Shown: piece by piece, positions 47,625 to 57,352 of the stretch | How the letters are laid out: the number at the start of each line of letters is the position of its first letter | Numbering within the stretch: the stretch's first letter is position 1 | Assembly (NCBI GenBank): GCA_963833095.1 | Contig: CAWHWQ010000005.1 | Location: 320,001 to 384,000 of the forward strand | Origin: Vulcanimicrobiota bacterium | GTDB taxonomy: Bacteria; Vulcanimicrobiota; Vulcanimicrobiia; Vulcanimicrobiales; Vulcanimicrobiaceae | Direction of reading: 5' to 3' | Length of the DNA stretch: 64,000 nucleotides | Translations under genes and position numbers: made by a program | Notes under the pieces: model-generated | Database searches by the model: none | What the model was told of the DNA's origin: nothing | The model's input: only the letters and a program-made list of their open reading frames with translations

Positions 47625-49285
47625 TACATACCCGTGTAGACGGGGCCTTCGCCGCCTTGCGGCGGTACCCAGGTGATGATCTGATACGGGTCCGCGATAT
47701 CGCACGTCTTACAATGCACGCAGTTGGTGAAGTTGATCTGCAATCGTCCATGCACCGCGCCTTCGTCGCCGTCTTTTTCGAACATCGGCTCGTACACGGC
47801 GGCGGGACAGAAGTACGCGCACGGATTTCCGTATTCGACCGTGCAGCGGTCGCGACAGATGTTGGTGTCGGCCACGTGGAGATGGCTGGGCTGATTCTCT
47901 TCGTGGACCGCGCCGGAGTTATACACGTCGGTGAGCTTGTCGAAGGTCAACACGTTGTCGATCTTGGCGCGCGGCGTCTCTTTGGGACGATAGCCGGCCT
48001 TCACCATATTCTCGTAGCCGGGCTTGGACGGCAATTTGTCGATGAAACCGAACGCGCGCCCGCCCGTGTAGCTCGCCAGACCCGCGTTGAACATACCGGC
48101 CCACATCCCGTGTTCGAAGCCTTGGTGGAAGTTGCGCGCGCTGCGCATCTCGTCGTACGCCCACGAGTCGCGGAAGCGCTGTTCGTAGACCGAGAGCTGT
48201 TGGGCATCGAATTTTCGCGCTTGCAGCGCGTCCCACGCCGTGTCGGCGGCCATCATGCCGGATTTCATCGCGAGGTGCACGCCCTTAAGCCGCATCCCGT
48301 TGAGGAATCCCGCCGAATCACCGGCGATCATCAGTCCGTCCGAATACGGACGAATCATCGCGAAGAGTCCGCCTTCAGGAATCGCCTTTGCACCGTAACG
48401 AATCAGCTTCGCGCCCTCGAGCATCTTGCGGATCTCGGGATGTTCTTTCATGCGCTGTAACTCGTTGTGCGGGTCGGTCGTTGGGTTTTTGTAATCGAGC
48501 CCGGTGACATGACCGATATCGAGCACGCGGTCTTTCATTCCATAGATGAAACCGCCGCCAAAGGTTTCGGGCGGGAGCGGATAACCGAGGGTGTGTATTA
48601 CCGTGCCCGCGGGGAAACGATCGTCGGGTAACTGCCACAGTTCCTTAACGCCGGCGGCGTAAACTTGCGGCTCCTTGCCGTCGTCGAGTCCGAGGCGCGG
48701 AATTGCCTGCTTGGCAAGCGTACCGCGCGGGCCTTCACCCAACACCACGATCTTTGCGAGAAGATCGGCGCCGGGCTCGAAGTTCGCTTTTGGCTTGCCG
48801 TCGTGATCGACGCCCTTGTCACCGGTGCGCACACCGATAACGCGATCGCCGTCCCACAACAATTCTTGTCCGGGAAATTCACCGAACACTTGCACGCCAA
48901 GCTCCTCGGCCTGCGCCGCCATCCACTTGGTGAGGCGTTGGAGCGAGGAAACGAATTTACCGTGGTTGTTGAGGGGCGGCGGCGTGAACGGCGCCTTGAT
49001 CTTGCCGCCCTTGGTCAGAAACCAGAGTTCGTCGCGACCAACCGGCGCATCGACCGGCGCACCGCGCTCGAGCCAATCGGGAAGCAGCTCGGTAATTGCA
49101 CGGGGGTCGAGCACAAGCCCGGAGATCCCATGGTTGCCGATTTCCGCTGCCTTTTCGATCACCAGGATCTCGAGCTCGCGACCGGCCTCTTGTGCCAGCT
49201 GTCCGAGTCGAATCGCCCCGGCCAGCGAGGCTGGCCCTGCCCCCACGAAGAGCACGTCGACTTCTAATTGATCACGCTGCGCCAT
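47624..49285 (-). CDS. Electron transfer flavoprotein-quinone oxidoreductase
   Basis: VGAGPA FAD motif, KGVHLAMKSG, C-terminal CPAAVYE and CVHCKTCDI 4Fe-4S motif. Confidence 0.93.
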   Translation of the reverse strand: MAQRDQLEVDVLFVGAGPASLAGAIRLGQLAQEAGRELEILVIEKAAEIGNHGISGLVLDPRAITELLPDWLERGAPVDAPVGRDELWFLTKGGKIKAPFTPPPLNNHGKFVSSLQRLTKWMAAQAEELGVQVFGEFPGQELLWDGDRVIGVRTGDKGVDHDGKPKANFEPGADLLAKIVVLGEGPRGTLAKQAIPRLGLDDGKEPQVYAAGVKELWQLPDDRFPAGTVIHTLGYPLPPETFGGGFIYGMKDRVLDIGHVTGLDYKNPTTDPHNELQRMKEHPEIRKMLEGAKLIRYGAKAIPEGGLFAMIRPYSDGLMIAGDSAGFLNGMRLKGVHLAMKSGMMAADTAWDALQARKFDAQQLSVYEQRFRDSWAYDEMRSARNFHQGFEHGMWAGMFNAGLASYTGGRAFGFIDKLPSKPGYENMVKAGYRPKETPRAKIDNVLTFDKLTDVYNSGAVHEENQPSHLHVADTNICRDRCTVEYGNPCAYFCPAAVYEPMFEKDGDEGAVHGRLQINFTNCVHCKTCDIADPYQIITWVPPQGGEGPVYTGM

Positions 49286-49386
49286 GGCGGACCTGTTCGA
49301 GCTTCTTTAAATCGATCATTTCACGATAGTCTGAGAAACCGCATGCTGGTCCTCCCCTAGCCGCAGCGAGGCACTGACGTGAATGT

Positions 49387-50007
49387 ATGGGCATGAGTCT
49401 CGCACAAGCCGTGGGCCGCGGCTTTCGCTTGCTGTATCAGCCACGAGCCGAATTTCTCGCGGCTCTTCAAGAATCTGATGGCACATCAGATATTGCCCTG
49501 CGATTCCTTGCGCCGTGGCTGGCAGCAACCGCAGCCTTCTACGCCGTCCAAACGTCGTTCCGAGCAGGCTTCATAAACTTCGTGCTCGACCTCGCGGTCA
49601 CGTTCATCGCCGCTTGGGCCCTGATGCTGTTCTCTCGGGCTCTGAGCTCGCCGATCGATTTTCGCTCGGCGTTCCGCATCAACGCGTACACTGCACCGGC
49701 GGCGTTTGCCACAACCGTCCTCTGCGTGGTTCTGGCGAAGTTTTCCGCTCTCATCGCTCTCGCTGGTTTCGTATATGGGATCTACGTCATGTACATCGGC
49801 TGCAAGGTCACGATGCCGCGCGGCGGCGCCGTTGCAACTCGCGCCACCGCTGGAACGCTCTGCGTCGGCTTCGTAGCCTCGCTAGTCCTCGTAATGTTCA
49901 TGGGCGGATCGCCCGGCGGCGGGGGCGGCGAAATGCTCAGCCCCGACACAATTGCGCGCGAGCACATTCAATTCCGTGAAATGATGCACGACGCGCACAT
50001 GCGCTAA
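49387..50007 (+). CDS. Yip1-like membrane protein
   Basis: LLYQPRAEF start, several TMs, YGIYVMYIG. Confidence 0.7.
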   Translation: MGMSLAQAVGRGFRLLYQPRAEFLAALQESDGTSDIALRFLAPWLAATAAFYAVQTSFRAGFINFVLDLAVTFIAAWALMLFSRALSSPIDFRSAFRINAYTAPAAFATTVLCVVLAKFSALIALAGFVYGIYVMYIGCKVTMPRGGAVATRATAGTLCVGFVASLVLVMFMGGSPGGGGGEMLSPDTIAREHIQFREMMHDAHMR

Positions 50008-50711
50008 AGGAGTGTCAGCGCAAGCCGCACCGCTGCGACGTGAGTCGCAACGCGTGTAGCGAACGGGAGTACGGCCGACGGCGTCTCTAGCGTGAGCCCA
50101 AGCCGCGCCGCGTTGCGCACGAGCAACTGTGTGAGCGTTCTGCCGCCGATCTTTTCGGCTTCTGTGTCGGGATCGGGTGTGAGGACGTCGCGAGGATCGA
50201 TCGGTGTGCCGCCGCTTGCAAGCACGTCCACAATTTGCCGCCCGATTCCGGCTCCGCCGTATTCGTAACAGTAGAAGCCGCTGGCCTCATCGTCTTCGTG
50301 CAGATCGATGGCAAGTTCGAATTTGCGATCGCGATTGGCAGTAATGATCGCGCGCGCCTCCGGCGATGAGCCGCCTCGCCCAAACGTCCGATTGACATCG
50401 ACGCCGTCGATGCTCTCGCGGGTGCGCGCATCGTAACCGCTCGGATTCGTGCAGGGCCACAAACGGTACGAAAAGCGCGGATCGAGTTCGTCGTTCTCGA
50501 GCAGCGCGAGCAATGCGTGCGGACCGGCGGCCTCATCGCCGTGAACGCCCGCCGCGATGTGGATACCTGGAAGCCGATAGTCGCCGTACTCCGCGCATAA
50601 CAACGTGCGCGGCGCACCGACGCACGCCACTTCGCGAACGCGCACGTCTTTCGCGCGTAGCGCCTTCCAGCGCCGCACAATATCTTGGTAGGTGGGCTCT
50701 TGTACCGTCAT
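50004..50711 (-). CDS. M14-family metallo-carboxypeptidase/deacylase
   Basis: GVHGDE, NPSG, DVNR, DLHED, ETP. Confidence 0.85.
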   Translation of the reverse strand: MTVQEPTYQDIVRRWKALRAKDVRVREVACVGAPRTLLCAEYGDYRLPGIHIAAGVHGDEAAGPHALLALLENDELDPRFSYRLWPCTNPSGYDARTRESIDGVDVNRTFGRGGSSPEARAIITANRDRKFELAIDLHEDDEASGFYCYEYGGAGIGRQIVDVLASGGTPIDPRDVLTPDPDTEAEKIGGRTLTQLLVRNAARLGLTLETPSAVLPFATRVATHVAAVRLALTLL

Positions 50712-50837
50712 AAACATCCCATCCATGAAAATCCAAAACGGGGCGATGGGTTCCGCCGGCGTAGGCCTGGCGGCGATGGCCCGAGGATCATTTAGCCGGA
50801 AGGCCGACGTCGCGCACCGCGGAACAACGGCGACACC

Positions 50838-51878
50838 GTGATACACCGAAGCTTTGCTAGCGATAACAATGCACCGATTGCGCCGGAGATCCTTGCGGCG
50901 ATGCTCGCGGCCAACGAGGGCGACGCCGTCGGGTACGGCGACGATCCGTGGACCGCGCGCGCGGTCGCGCGCTTCCGCGAGCACTTCGGCGACGCAACCG
51001 GCGTGTATTTCACGTTCAACGGCACCGGGGCCAACGTCGTCGCGCTCAGTTGTGTCACACGACCCTGGGACGCAGTACTTGCGCCCGCGAGCGCGCATTT
51101 ACAGACCGACGAATGCGGCGCCTTCGAGCGTTTCACCGGTTCGAAGGTCATTCCAATCGCGACCGCCGACGGCAAGCTACGCGTCGCCGATCTCGAGCCG
51201 TACCTGCTCGGCGGTCACGGCGAGCATTTTTCGCAACCACGCGTCATTAGCGTTTCCAACACGACCGAATACGGCGACGTCTACGAGACGCGCGAACTTG
51301 CCGCGCTGTGCGCCTTCGCCCACGATCGCGGGCTGCTCGTGCACGTTGACGGCGCGCGCATTTCCAATGCCGCTGCCGCGCTTGGCACGACGCCGCGCGC
51401 GATCACCAAAGACGTCGGCGTCGATATCCTCAGCTTCGGCGGCACGAAGAACGGTCTGATGGGCGGAGAGGCAATCTGTTTCTTCGACCCGAGCCTCAGT
51501 GAAAACGTCGCACTGTATGCGCGCAAACAAGGGATGCAACTCGCTTCGAAGATGCGCTACATTTCGGCGCAGTTTGAGGCGCTGCTTACCGGCGACCTGT
51601 GGCTGCGTTACGCGTCACATGCCAACGCAATGGCGCAACGCCTGCTCGCCGGCGTGCGCGACATTCCCGGCGTAACGATTACGCGACCGGTACGCGCTAA
51701 TGCAATCTTCGCGACGCTCTCACGCGAGGCGATCGCACGCATTCAAGAGCAATTCTTCTTCTATTTCTTCAACGAAGCGCTTCCCGAAGTGCGCTGGATG
51801 ACCCATTGGGCTACGACGGAAGCCGACGTGGACGCGTTCATCGCTGCGGTAAAATCCGCCGTGTCATCCCGAGCATAG
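50838..51878 (+). CDS. ltaE: Low-specificity L-threonine aldolase
   Basis: FASDN, GTGAN, DECGA, HVDGAR, GGTKNG. Confidence 0.9.
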   Translation: MIHRSFASDNNAPIAPEILAAMLAANEGDAVGYGDDPWTARAVARFREHFGDATGVYFTFNGTGANVVALSCVTRPWDAVLAPASAHLQTDECGAFERFTGSKVIPIATADGKLRVADLEPYLLGGHGEHFSQPRVISVSNTTEYGDVYETRELAALCAFAHDRGLLVHVDGARISNAAAALGTTPRAITKDVGVDILSFGGTKNGLMGGEAICFFDPSLSENVALYARKQGMQLASKMRYISAQFEALLTGDLWLRYASHANAMAQRLLAGVRDIPGVTITRPVRANAIFATLSREAIARIQEQFFFYFFNEALPEVRWMTHWATTEADVDAFIAAVKSAVSSRA

Positions 51879-51886
51879 GGACTTCC

Positions 51887-52041
51887 TTTGTCATCCCGAG
51901 CGTAGGCGCGAAGTGCCGCAGTCGAGGGACCGAGAGATCATTGTTTCAGCGGACCCTGCGAGAATGCTCGCGCCGTCGGGAAGCGCGAGCCGCAGCTTCG
52001 GCTGTCCCTCGACTACGCTCCGCTACGCTCGGGATGACAAA
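51887..52041. repeat. 155-bp palindromic element (REP/MITE-like) with 19-bp terminal inverted repeats
   Basis: TTTGTCATCCCGAGCGTAG ... CTACGCTCGGGATGACAAA; inner GTCGAGGGAC/GTCCCTCGAC; partial extra copy at 51862-51874. Confidence 0.8.
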
Positions 52042-52043
52042 AG

Positions 52044-53276
52044 CTATGCGGTCCAGTCGAACATCGCTTCCCACTGAGGTTTGGGGAAGCGTTCTTTGCT
52101 CTTGATCGCCTCGACGTACTTGCGTTTGCCGGCGCGGTTGCCTTTGCCGAGCATGATCCCGCCGACCAGTCGGTCTTGCCAAAAGAATAGCGCGCGGTAC
52201 CAGTTCTTCTCACGATCGATCTTGCGCGCGACCTCGAGTTCGGGCTGCAGATCGGGCGAGAGACCGAACTGCGTGATCGTCTGCCCCTTGAAAAGCAGGG
52301 ATGAGTACTCGGGCACATCGTGGTATTTTTCGCTGCCGCCCATCATGTTCTGCGCGACGACCTTGCCATGCGCACCGGCATTGTTCCACGTTCCCATGCG
52401 ATAGCGCATTTCGAGGATCGGATCGTAGAAGTCGGCGATGTCGCCGGCCGCATAGATACCGGGGACGCTGGTTTCGAGATGGTCGTTGCAGATGATACCG
52501 TTCTTGCTCGCCTGGATCGGCGTCCCGTCCACGATTTCCGTGTTCATCGTCAAACCGAATCCGACGCCGTAGCAGTCGCCCGGAATCTCCAGGCCCTTCT
52601 TGGTGCGCACCTTGGTGACGACGCCGTTGGAACGAACGAACTCCTCGACCTCTTCGCCGTAGTGCATGTGCACGCCGTCGTTCTTGGCCGCTTCGTCGAC
52701 AAACTCACCCGCGACGTCGTCGAGCAGCCGGTGCAGCACGTGGGGCCCGCGCATGATCCAATGCGTCTCTACTTTGCGCGCGGCGAAGGCCTCGGCGAGC
52801 TCGTACGCGATGAACGAACCGCCGATTGCAACCGCACTCTTCGAACGATCGATTTGCTCGGAGATGGCACGCGTGTCATCCAGGTACTGAAAGTTATACA
52901 CGTTGCTAGCGCCGGTTCCACCGGGTGCCGGCGCCGGATTCGGGCGGCCGCCGGTTGCGATCAGAAGTGCGTCGAACGGATATTCGACGCCGCCGGCGCT
53001 CACGGTACGACCCTCGGTGTCGATCGCGTCGACACGCGTTCCCAGTTTGAGCGCGATGCGATTCCCCTCGTGCGCGGCGAAGTCGCGCATCATGACCTTC
53101 TCCTCGGGCAGCTGCTTGCGCAGCATCGGCGGGAGGGAGATGCGATTATAGAGGGGATACGGCTCGTCGCCGAAGAGCGTGATCTCGCAGTTGGCGTCGT
53201 GCTTACGCAGCTGTTCGGCCGCCGTCGTCCCGGCAAAGCCATTCCCTACGATGACATAGCGTCGCACATCGGACAT
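52044..53276 (-). CDS. NAD(P)/FAD-dependent oxidoreductase (ferredoxin/rubredoxin reductase-like)
   Basis: VGNGFAG, ATG, GGSFIAYE, TSVPGIYAAGD. Confidence 0.88.
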   Translation of the reverse strand: MSDVRRYVIVGNGFAGTTAAEQLRKHDANCEITLFGDEPYPLYNRISLPPMLRKQLPEEKVMMRDFAAHEGNRIALKLGTRVDAIDTEGRTVSAGGVEYPFDALLIATGGRPNPAPAPGGTGASNVYNFQYLDDTRAISEQIDRSKSAVAIGGSFIAYELAEAFAARKVETHWIMRGPHVLHRLLDDVAGEFVDEAAKNDGVHMHYGEEVEEFVRSNGVVTKVRTKKGLEIPGDCYGVGFGLTMNTEIVDGTPIQASKNGIICNDHLETSVPGIYAAGDIADFYDPILEMRYRMGTWNNAGAHGKVVAQNMMGGSEKYHDVPEYSSLLFKGQTITQFGLSPDLQPELEVARKIDREKNWYRALFFWQDRLVGGIMLGKGNRAGKRKYVEAIKSKERFPKPQWEAMFDWTA

Positions 53277-53286
53277 AATGGAGTAT

Positions 53287-53634
53287 ATGGACGTTCGGCT
53301 CGTGCAACTCCTGGGTTCGTTCATCACCGCGCGCAGCGAGTACGCGCTGGTGCGGCTCGAGTGCGCGATGCATGACCCCGCGCTCCCGGCGCCTCCCGTG
53401 ATCGACCGCTTGAGCGACGCCTCCGAGCGAGCGCTCCGCGACGAGTGGCCCGCGATCGAACGGCAATTGGAGGCGGCCCTTAGCTACGGGAAACATTTAT
53501 CGCGCAGCAGCGGTAAACGTTGGAGCGAGGACGCCGCCTACCGGGCATTCGACCGGGCGCTTCGCGAGCTTGACCAGTATGCGCGGGCGATCCGCTGGGT
53601 ACTTACCGTCACGGAAAGCGAGGATGCATCGTGA
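53287..53634 (+). CDS. Hypothetical helical protein
   Basis: ORF 53278..53634; second ATG preferred; stop overlaps the next start. Confidence 0.65.
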   Translation: MDVRLVQLLGSFITARSEYALVRLECAMHDPALPAPPVIDRLSDASERALRDEWPAIERQLEAALSYGKHLSRSSGKRWSEDAAYRAFDRALRELDQYARAIRWVLTVTESEDAS

Positions 53635-53861
53635 GCAGCGACGATTTTATGACCAAGGCTATGGAACAGGCACGGGAGTTGCAAGCCAAAATTGCGCAAG
53701 CGCTCGGGGAGAGCGACAAACTGCGCGATACACTCATGGCGCAAGCTCGGCAGAGTGCCGACGTTACCAATGAACAGACCAAGACCGCGCTCGACAACCT
53801 CGAGTCGGCGATGAAGTCGGGATCGGAGTTCCTGCAGAAGTTTCTGCGCGGCGATCAGTAG
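53631..53861 (+). CDS. Small hypothetical amphipathic helical protein
   Basis: GAGG SD, GTGA overlap, apolipoprotein-like composition. Confidence 0.7.
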   Translation: MSSDDFMTKAMEQARELQAKIAQALGESDKLRDTLMAQARQSADVTNEQTKTALDNLESAMKSGSEFLQKFLRGDQ

Positions 53862-53864
53862 ACC

Positions 53865-54983
53865 GTGCTCGCTGCCCTGATCCTTGCCGCGTCGATTAAC
53901 GGCGATGCCGCTTTTAAAGCGGGTGACTTTGCCGCGGCACAGAGCGCCTATGCCGCGACGATCCGAACGAATCCCAGCGACCTCGACGCGGCGTTGGGGC
54001 TCACGCGCCTGGCAATTTATGCCAACGATATGAACGACGCCGAGGTTTGGCTCGGCGTCGCGCACGGAATGGCGCCCAACGATTCGCGGGTCGCGGCAGA
54101 CCGGAGTACGATTGACGCTCGCACCAACGGCAGCATCGACAGTGTCGCTCCACATAAAGGACCCGCCGTCGTCCCATTCGTTCAAACCGATCCGTTGCCG
54201 ATGATCGAAGTGCGAGTGAACGGCCGCGTCGCGCACTTTCTGATCGACACCGGTGCGCCGAATATCGTGCTCGACGCGGACTTCGCGCGCGTGCTCGGGC
54301 TCGCAACCAGCAACGCGGGCCAAGGAACGTTCGCCGGCGGAGAGCGCGCGCAGACGATGAAGACGACGGTCAACGAACTCGACCTTGGCAGTTGGCAATT
54401 GAGCAACGTTCCCGCCACCGTGCTTCCGTTGCCCGCGTTTGGCGGTCCGCATGTCGACGGTATCCTGGGCTCGGCGCTTTTCACGCATTTCCTCGTGACG
54501 CTGGACTACCGCAACGGGAAGCTCATCCTCGACGACCGCAGCCGTTCGGAGGCGTTCGAACGCGAAGCCGCCTCCCAAGGAGAGACGAGCGTGCCGATGT
54601 GGCTTGTCGGCGATCACTTCATCTTCGTCCAAGGTCACGCCAACAGCGGACCGCTCGGACTCTTTAATGTCGATACCGGCGGAACGTTCGGCGTTCAGCT
54701 CACGAAGGCCGCACTTGACGATGCGGGTATCACCGTCGACACGGCGCATCCGCAAAGCGGCATTGGCGGTGGCGGCGCGGTCTCGTCGCTTCCCTTCAAC
54801 GCGAGCGTAACGATCGGCGCGTGCACGGTCGACAGTCTCGACGGCGTCTATTTTCCCGAACGAAACCAGTACGGCATCTTTCCCTTCACCGTAGCCGGAA
54901 CCGTCTCGCATCAATTCTTTCGCAAGACCGCCGTCACATTCGACTTCGTCGCCATGCGCCTGGTGATCGACTCAAAGAGCTAG
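53865..54983 (+). CDS. Secreted TPR plus tandem retropepsin-like aspartyl protease
   Basis: FLIDTGA...DGILG and FNVDTGG; N-terminal TPR-like helices. Confidence 0.85.
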   Translation: MLAALILAASINGDAAFKAGDFAAAQSAYAATIRTNPSDLDAALGLTRLAIYANDMNDAEVWLGVAHGMAPNDSRVAADRSTIDARTNGSIDSVAPHKGPAVVPFVQTDPLPMIEVRVNGRVAHFLIDTGAPNIVLDADFARVLGLATSNAGQGTFAGGERAQTMKTTVNELDLGSWQLSNVPATVLPLPAFGGPHVDGILGSALFTHFLVTLDYRNGKLILDDRSRSEAFEREAASQGETSVPMWLVGDHFIFVQGHANSGPLGLFNVDTGGTFGVQLTKAALDDAGITVDTAHPQSGIGGGGAVSSLPFNASVTIGACTVDSLDGVYFPERNQYGIFPFTVAGTVSHQFFRKTAVTFDFVAMRLVIDSKS

Positions 54984-56140
54984 CCGATCAGCGCGAGCTC
55001 GACCATCATTTTGAAGCCTACTTCGAGCGAGCGCTCATCGATGTCGTAACGCGACGAGTGTTGCGGCTCGATGCCGAGCGTCGGCCCGCGCACGCCCACG
55101 ACAAAGTACGCGCCGGGACGCAGCTCCATCATGTAGGACATGTCCTCGGCCCACATCACCACGTCGTGCGGATCCACGATGTTCTCCGCCCCGATCGCAC
55201 GCGCTGCCGCAGCGCGCACCACGTCGTTCATCGCGCGGTCGTTGACGGTCGGCGGATAGCCCCACAAATATTCGAACTCGTAGTCCATCCGCATCGCATC
55301 GCACGTGCCCTCGATCATACGCTCCATACGTTCGGGAATCGAGCGGCGGACCTCGTCGCTAAAGGCACGGACCGTGCCCATCATCTCGGCATTATCCGGA
55401 ATCACGTTGAAGGTGGTGCCCGCGTGCATCGTGCCGACCGTGACCACGACGGGATCTTTCGGTGCAATCTCGCGGCTCGCGATGGTTTGCAGCATGTTCA
55501 CGAGCTGCGACGCGCCGACGATCGGATCGACCGTCACCTGCGGCATCGCGCCGTGGCCGCCGCGCCCCTTGAGCGTGAGCGTAAAGCGATCCGACGAAGC
55601 AAAGAAGGCGCCGTCACGGATACCGACCTTACCGACCTCGAGCCCGCTATACAGATGGAGCGCAAAGCACCGATCGACGTGCGGATTCTCGAGCGCGCCC
55701 TCCTCGATCATCAGCTTGTTGCCCGCGGGGCCCTCTTCGGCAGGTTGAAAACAGAAGACGAGTGTCCCCGCGACGAGCTCACGACGGCGTGACAGCGCGC
55801 GCGCCGCGCTGAGCAAAATCGCGATGTGTCCGTCGTGACCGCAGGCATGCATCGCGCCCTTGCGCGTGGAGCGGTACGGAACGTCGGCGACTTCGTCCAT
55901 CGGGAGGCCGTCCATGTCGGCGCGCAATAACGTCACCGGCCCCGGGCGTCCGCCTTTTAAGGTAGCAAGGATCCCGGTCTTGCCGACACCCGTGCGAATC
56001 TCGTCGAAATTGCACGCGCGCAATTCGCGCTCGATGAATGCGGCGGTCTCGTACTCTTCGAACGAGAGTTCCGGATTGGCATGGAAGTGCCGGCGGTAGC
56101 GAACCAGCTCCTCGACCGGCACCTCAATTGTGTTATTCAT
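54980..56140 (-). CDS. M20D amidohydrolase
   Basis: RRHFHANPEL, RADMDGLP, MHACGHDGH, FQPAEE, EDM. Confidence 0.92.
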   Translation of the reverse strand: MNNTIEVPVEELVRYRRHFHANPELSFEEYETAAFIERELRACNFDEIRTGVGKTGILATLKGGRPGPVTLLRADMDGLPMDEVADVPYRSTRKGAMHACGHDGHIAILLSAARALSRRRELVAGTLVFCFQPAEEGPAGNKLMIEEGALENPHVDRCFALHLYSGLEVGKVGIRDGAFFASSDRFTLTLKGRGGHGAMPQVTVDPIVGASQLVNMLQTIASREIAPKDPVVVTVGTMHAGTTFNVIPDNAEMMGTVRAFSDEVRRSIPERMERMIEGTCDAMRMDYEFEYLWGYPPTVNDRAMNDVVRAAAARAIGAENIVDPHDVVMWAEDMSYMMELRPGAYFVVGVRGPTLGIEPQHSSRYDIDERSLEVGFKMMVELALIG

Positions 56141-56326
56141 ATCAGTCGACGATGAAAACGCTACGACCGGCTGCGTCGGGGTGTTCGGGGTTCCGTGACA
56201 TGAGCGGCATGGGGCGACGCATACGCTCGCTCGCCCGAGCGCCCCTGCGGGAGAGGATTTCCTTAGGGCCGCTCGCACTATCAATTCCCGGGCCCTGCGC
56301 CAGTTCTCACCCTAGGGAAGTAATCG

Positions 56327-57352
56327 ATGGCAAAAACCGACACGAAGGCCAAGAGCCTGGATCGTCGCGGACTCAGCGACGACCAGCTGCGGCAAATGCT
56401 TCGCAATATGCTCCTGCAGCGACAACTCGATAATCGCGGCTTCCAGCTCAATCGGCAGGGTAAGGTACCGTTCGCGCTGGGCAGTGAGGGACACGAAGCG
56501 CTACAGGCGGGTGCAGCCATGGCCTTCGAGCGCGGCAAAGATATTCTCGCGCCCTACTACCGTGATCTTGGACTCGCGCTCGGCGTCGGCCTCACGTCGT
56601 ACGAGATCATGCTCTCGATCTTCGCGCGCGCTGCCGACCACAACGGCGGACGCCAATTTCCCAATCACTACAATTCGAAGTCGCTGGGCATCATGTCGTT
56701 CTCCTCGATTCTCGCAGCGCACATTCCGCATGCGGTCGGGGCAGCATACGCGATCACCTATCGCGGCGAAAAGGATCGCGCCGTGTTGGTGACGTGCGGT
56801 GACGGTACGACCAGCGAAGGCGAGTGGCACGAGTCCATGAACTTCGCGTCGGTTCACAAGTTGCCGATCGTGATGTTGGTCGAGAATAACGAGTGGGCAA
56901 TTTCGACGCCGCTCGACAAGCAAATGGCGCAGCCCGAGATTTGGAAACGCGCCGCTGGTTACGGTATGCCGGGCAAGCGTTTCAATGGCTTTGATCCGAT
57001 CGAAACCTATGCAAATGTCAAAGAAGCTCTCGATCGTGCGCGCAACGGCGGAGGTCCGACCCTGCTCGAAGGGATGTGCTACCGTTTCCTCGCGCACTCG
57101 ACCGACGACAACGACATGACCTACCGCACGCGTGACGAGGTCAGCGAACATCGCAAAAACGATCCGGTGCCACTTTTCGTGAGCGTGCTCGTCGAAGCGG
57201 GCGTCGTGACCGAAGCCGACGTGAACAATCTCAAGAAAGACGTTTTGCGCGAAACCAACGAAGCGACCGATAAAGCCGAGGCTATGCCCTTCCCGCAACC
57301 ATCGGATCTTTACACGAATCTCTACGAAGGAGCATGGCAGCCGTGGCAGTGA
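56327..57352 (+). CDS. 2-oxoacid (probably branched-chain) dehydrogenase E1 alpha
   Basis: GDGTTSEG...ENNEWAIS TPP motif; YRFLAHSTDD. Confidence 0.92.
   Translation: MAKTDTKAKSLDRRGLSDDQLRQMLRNMLLQRQLDNRGFQLNRQGKVPFALGSEGHEALQAGAAMAFERGKDILAPYYRDLGLALGVGLTSYEIMLSIFARAADHNGGRQFPNHYNSKSLGIMSFSSILAAHIPHAVGAAYAITYRGEKDRAVLVTCGDGTTSEGEWHESMNFASVHKLPIVMLVENNEWAISTPLDKQMAQPEIWKRAAGYGMPGKRFNGFDPIETYANVKEALDRARNGGGPTLLEGMCYRFLAHSTDDNDMTYRTRDEVSEHRKNDPVPLFVSVLVEAGVVTEADVNNLKKDVLRETNEATDKAEAMPFPQPSDLYTNLYEGAWQPWQ

Noticed and set aside
49286..49386. TPP riboswitch (CTGAGA seen)
   Set aside because: It is on the strand opposite the thi genes and the other conserved THI-box segments are missing.
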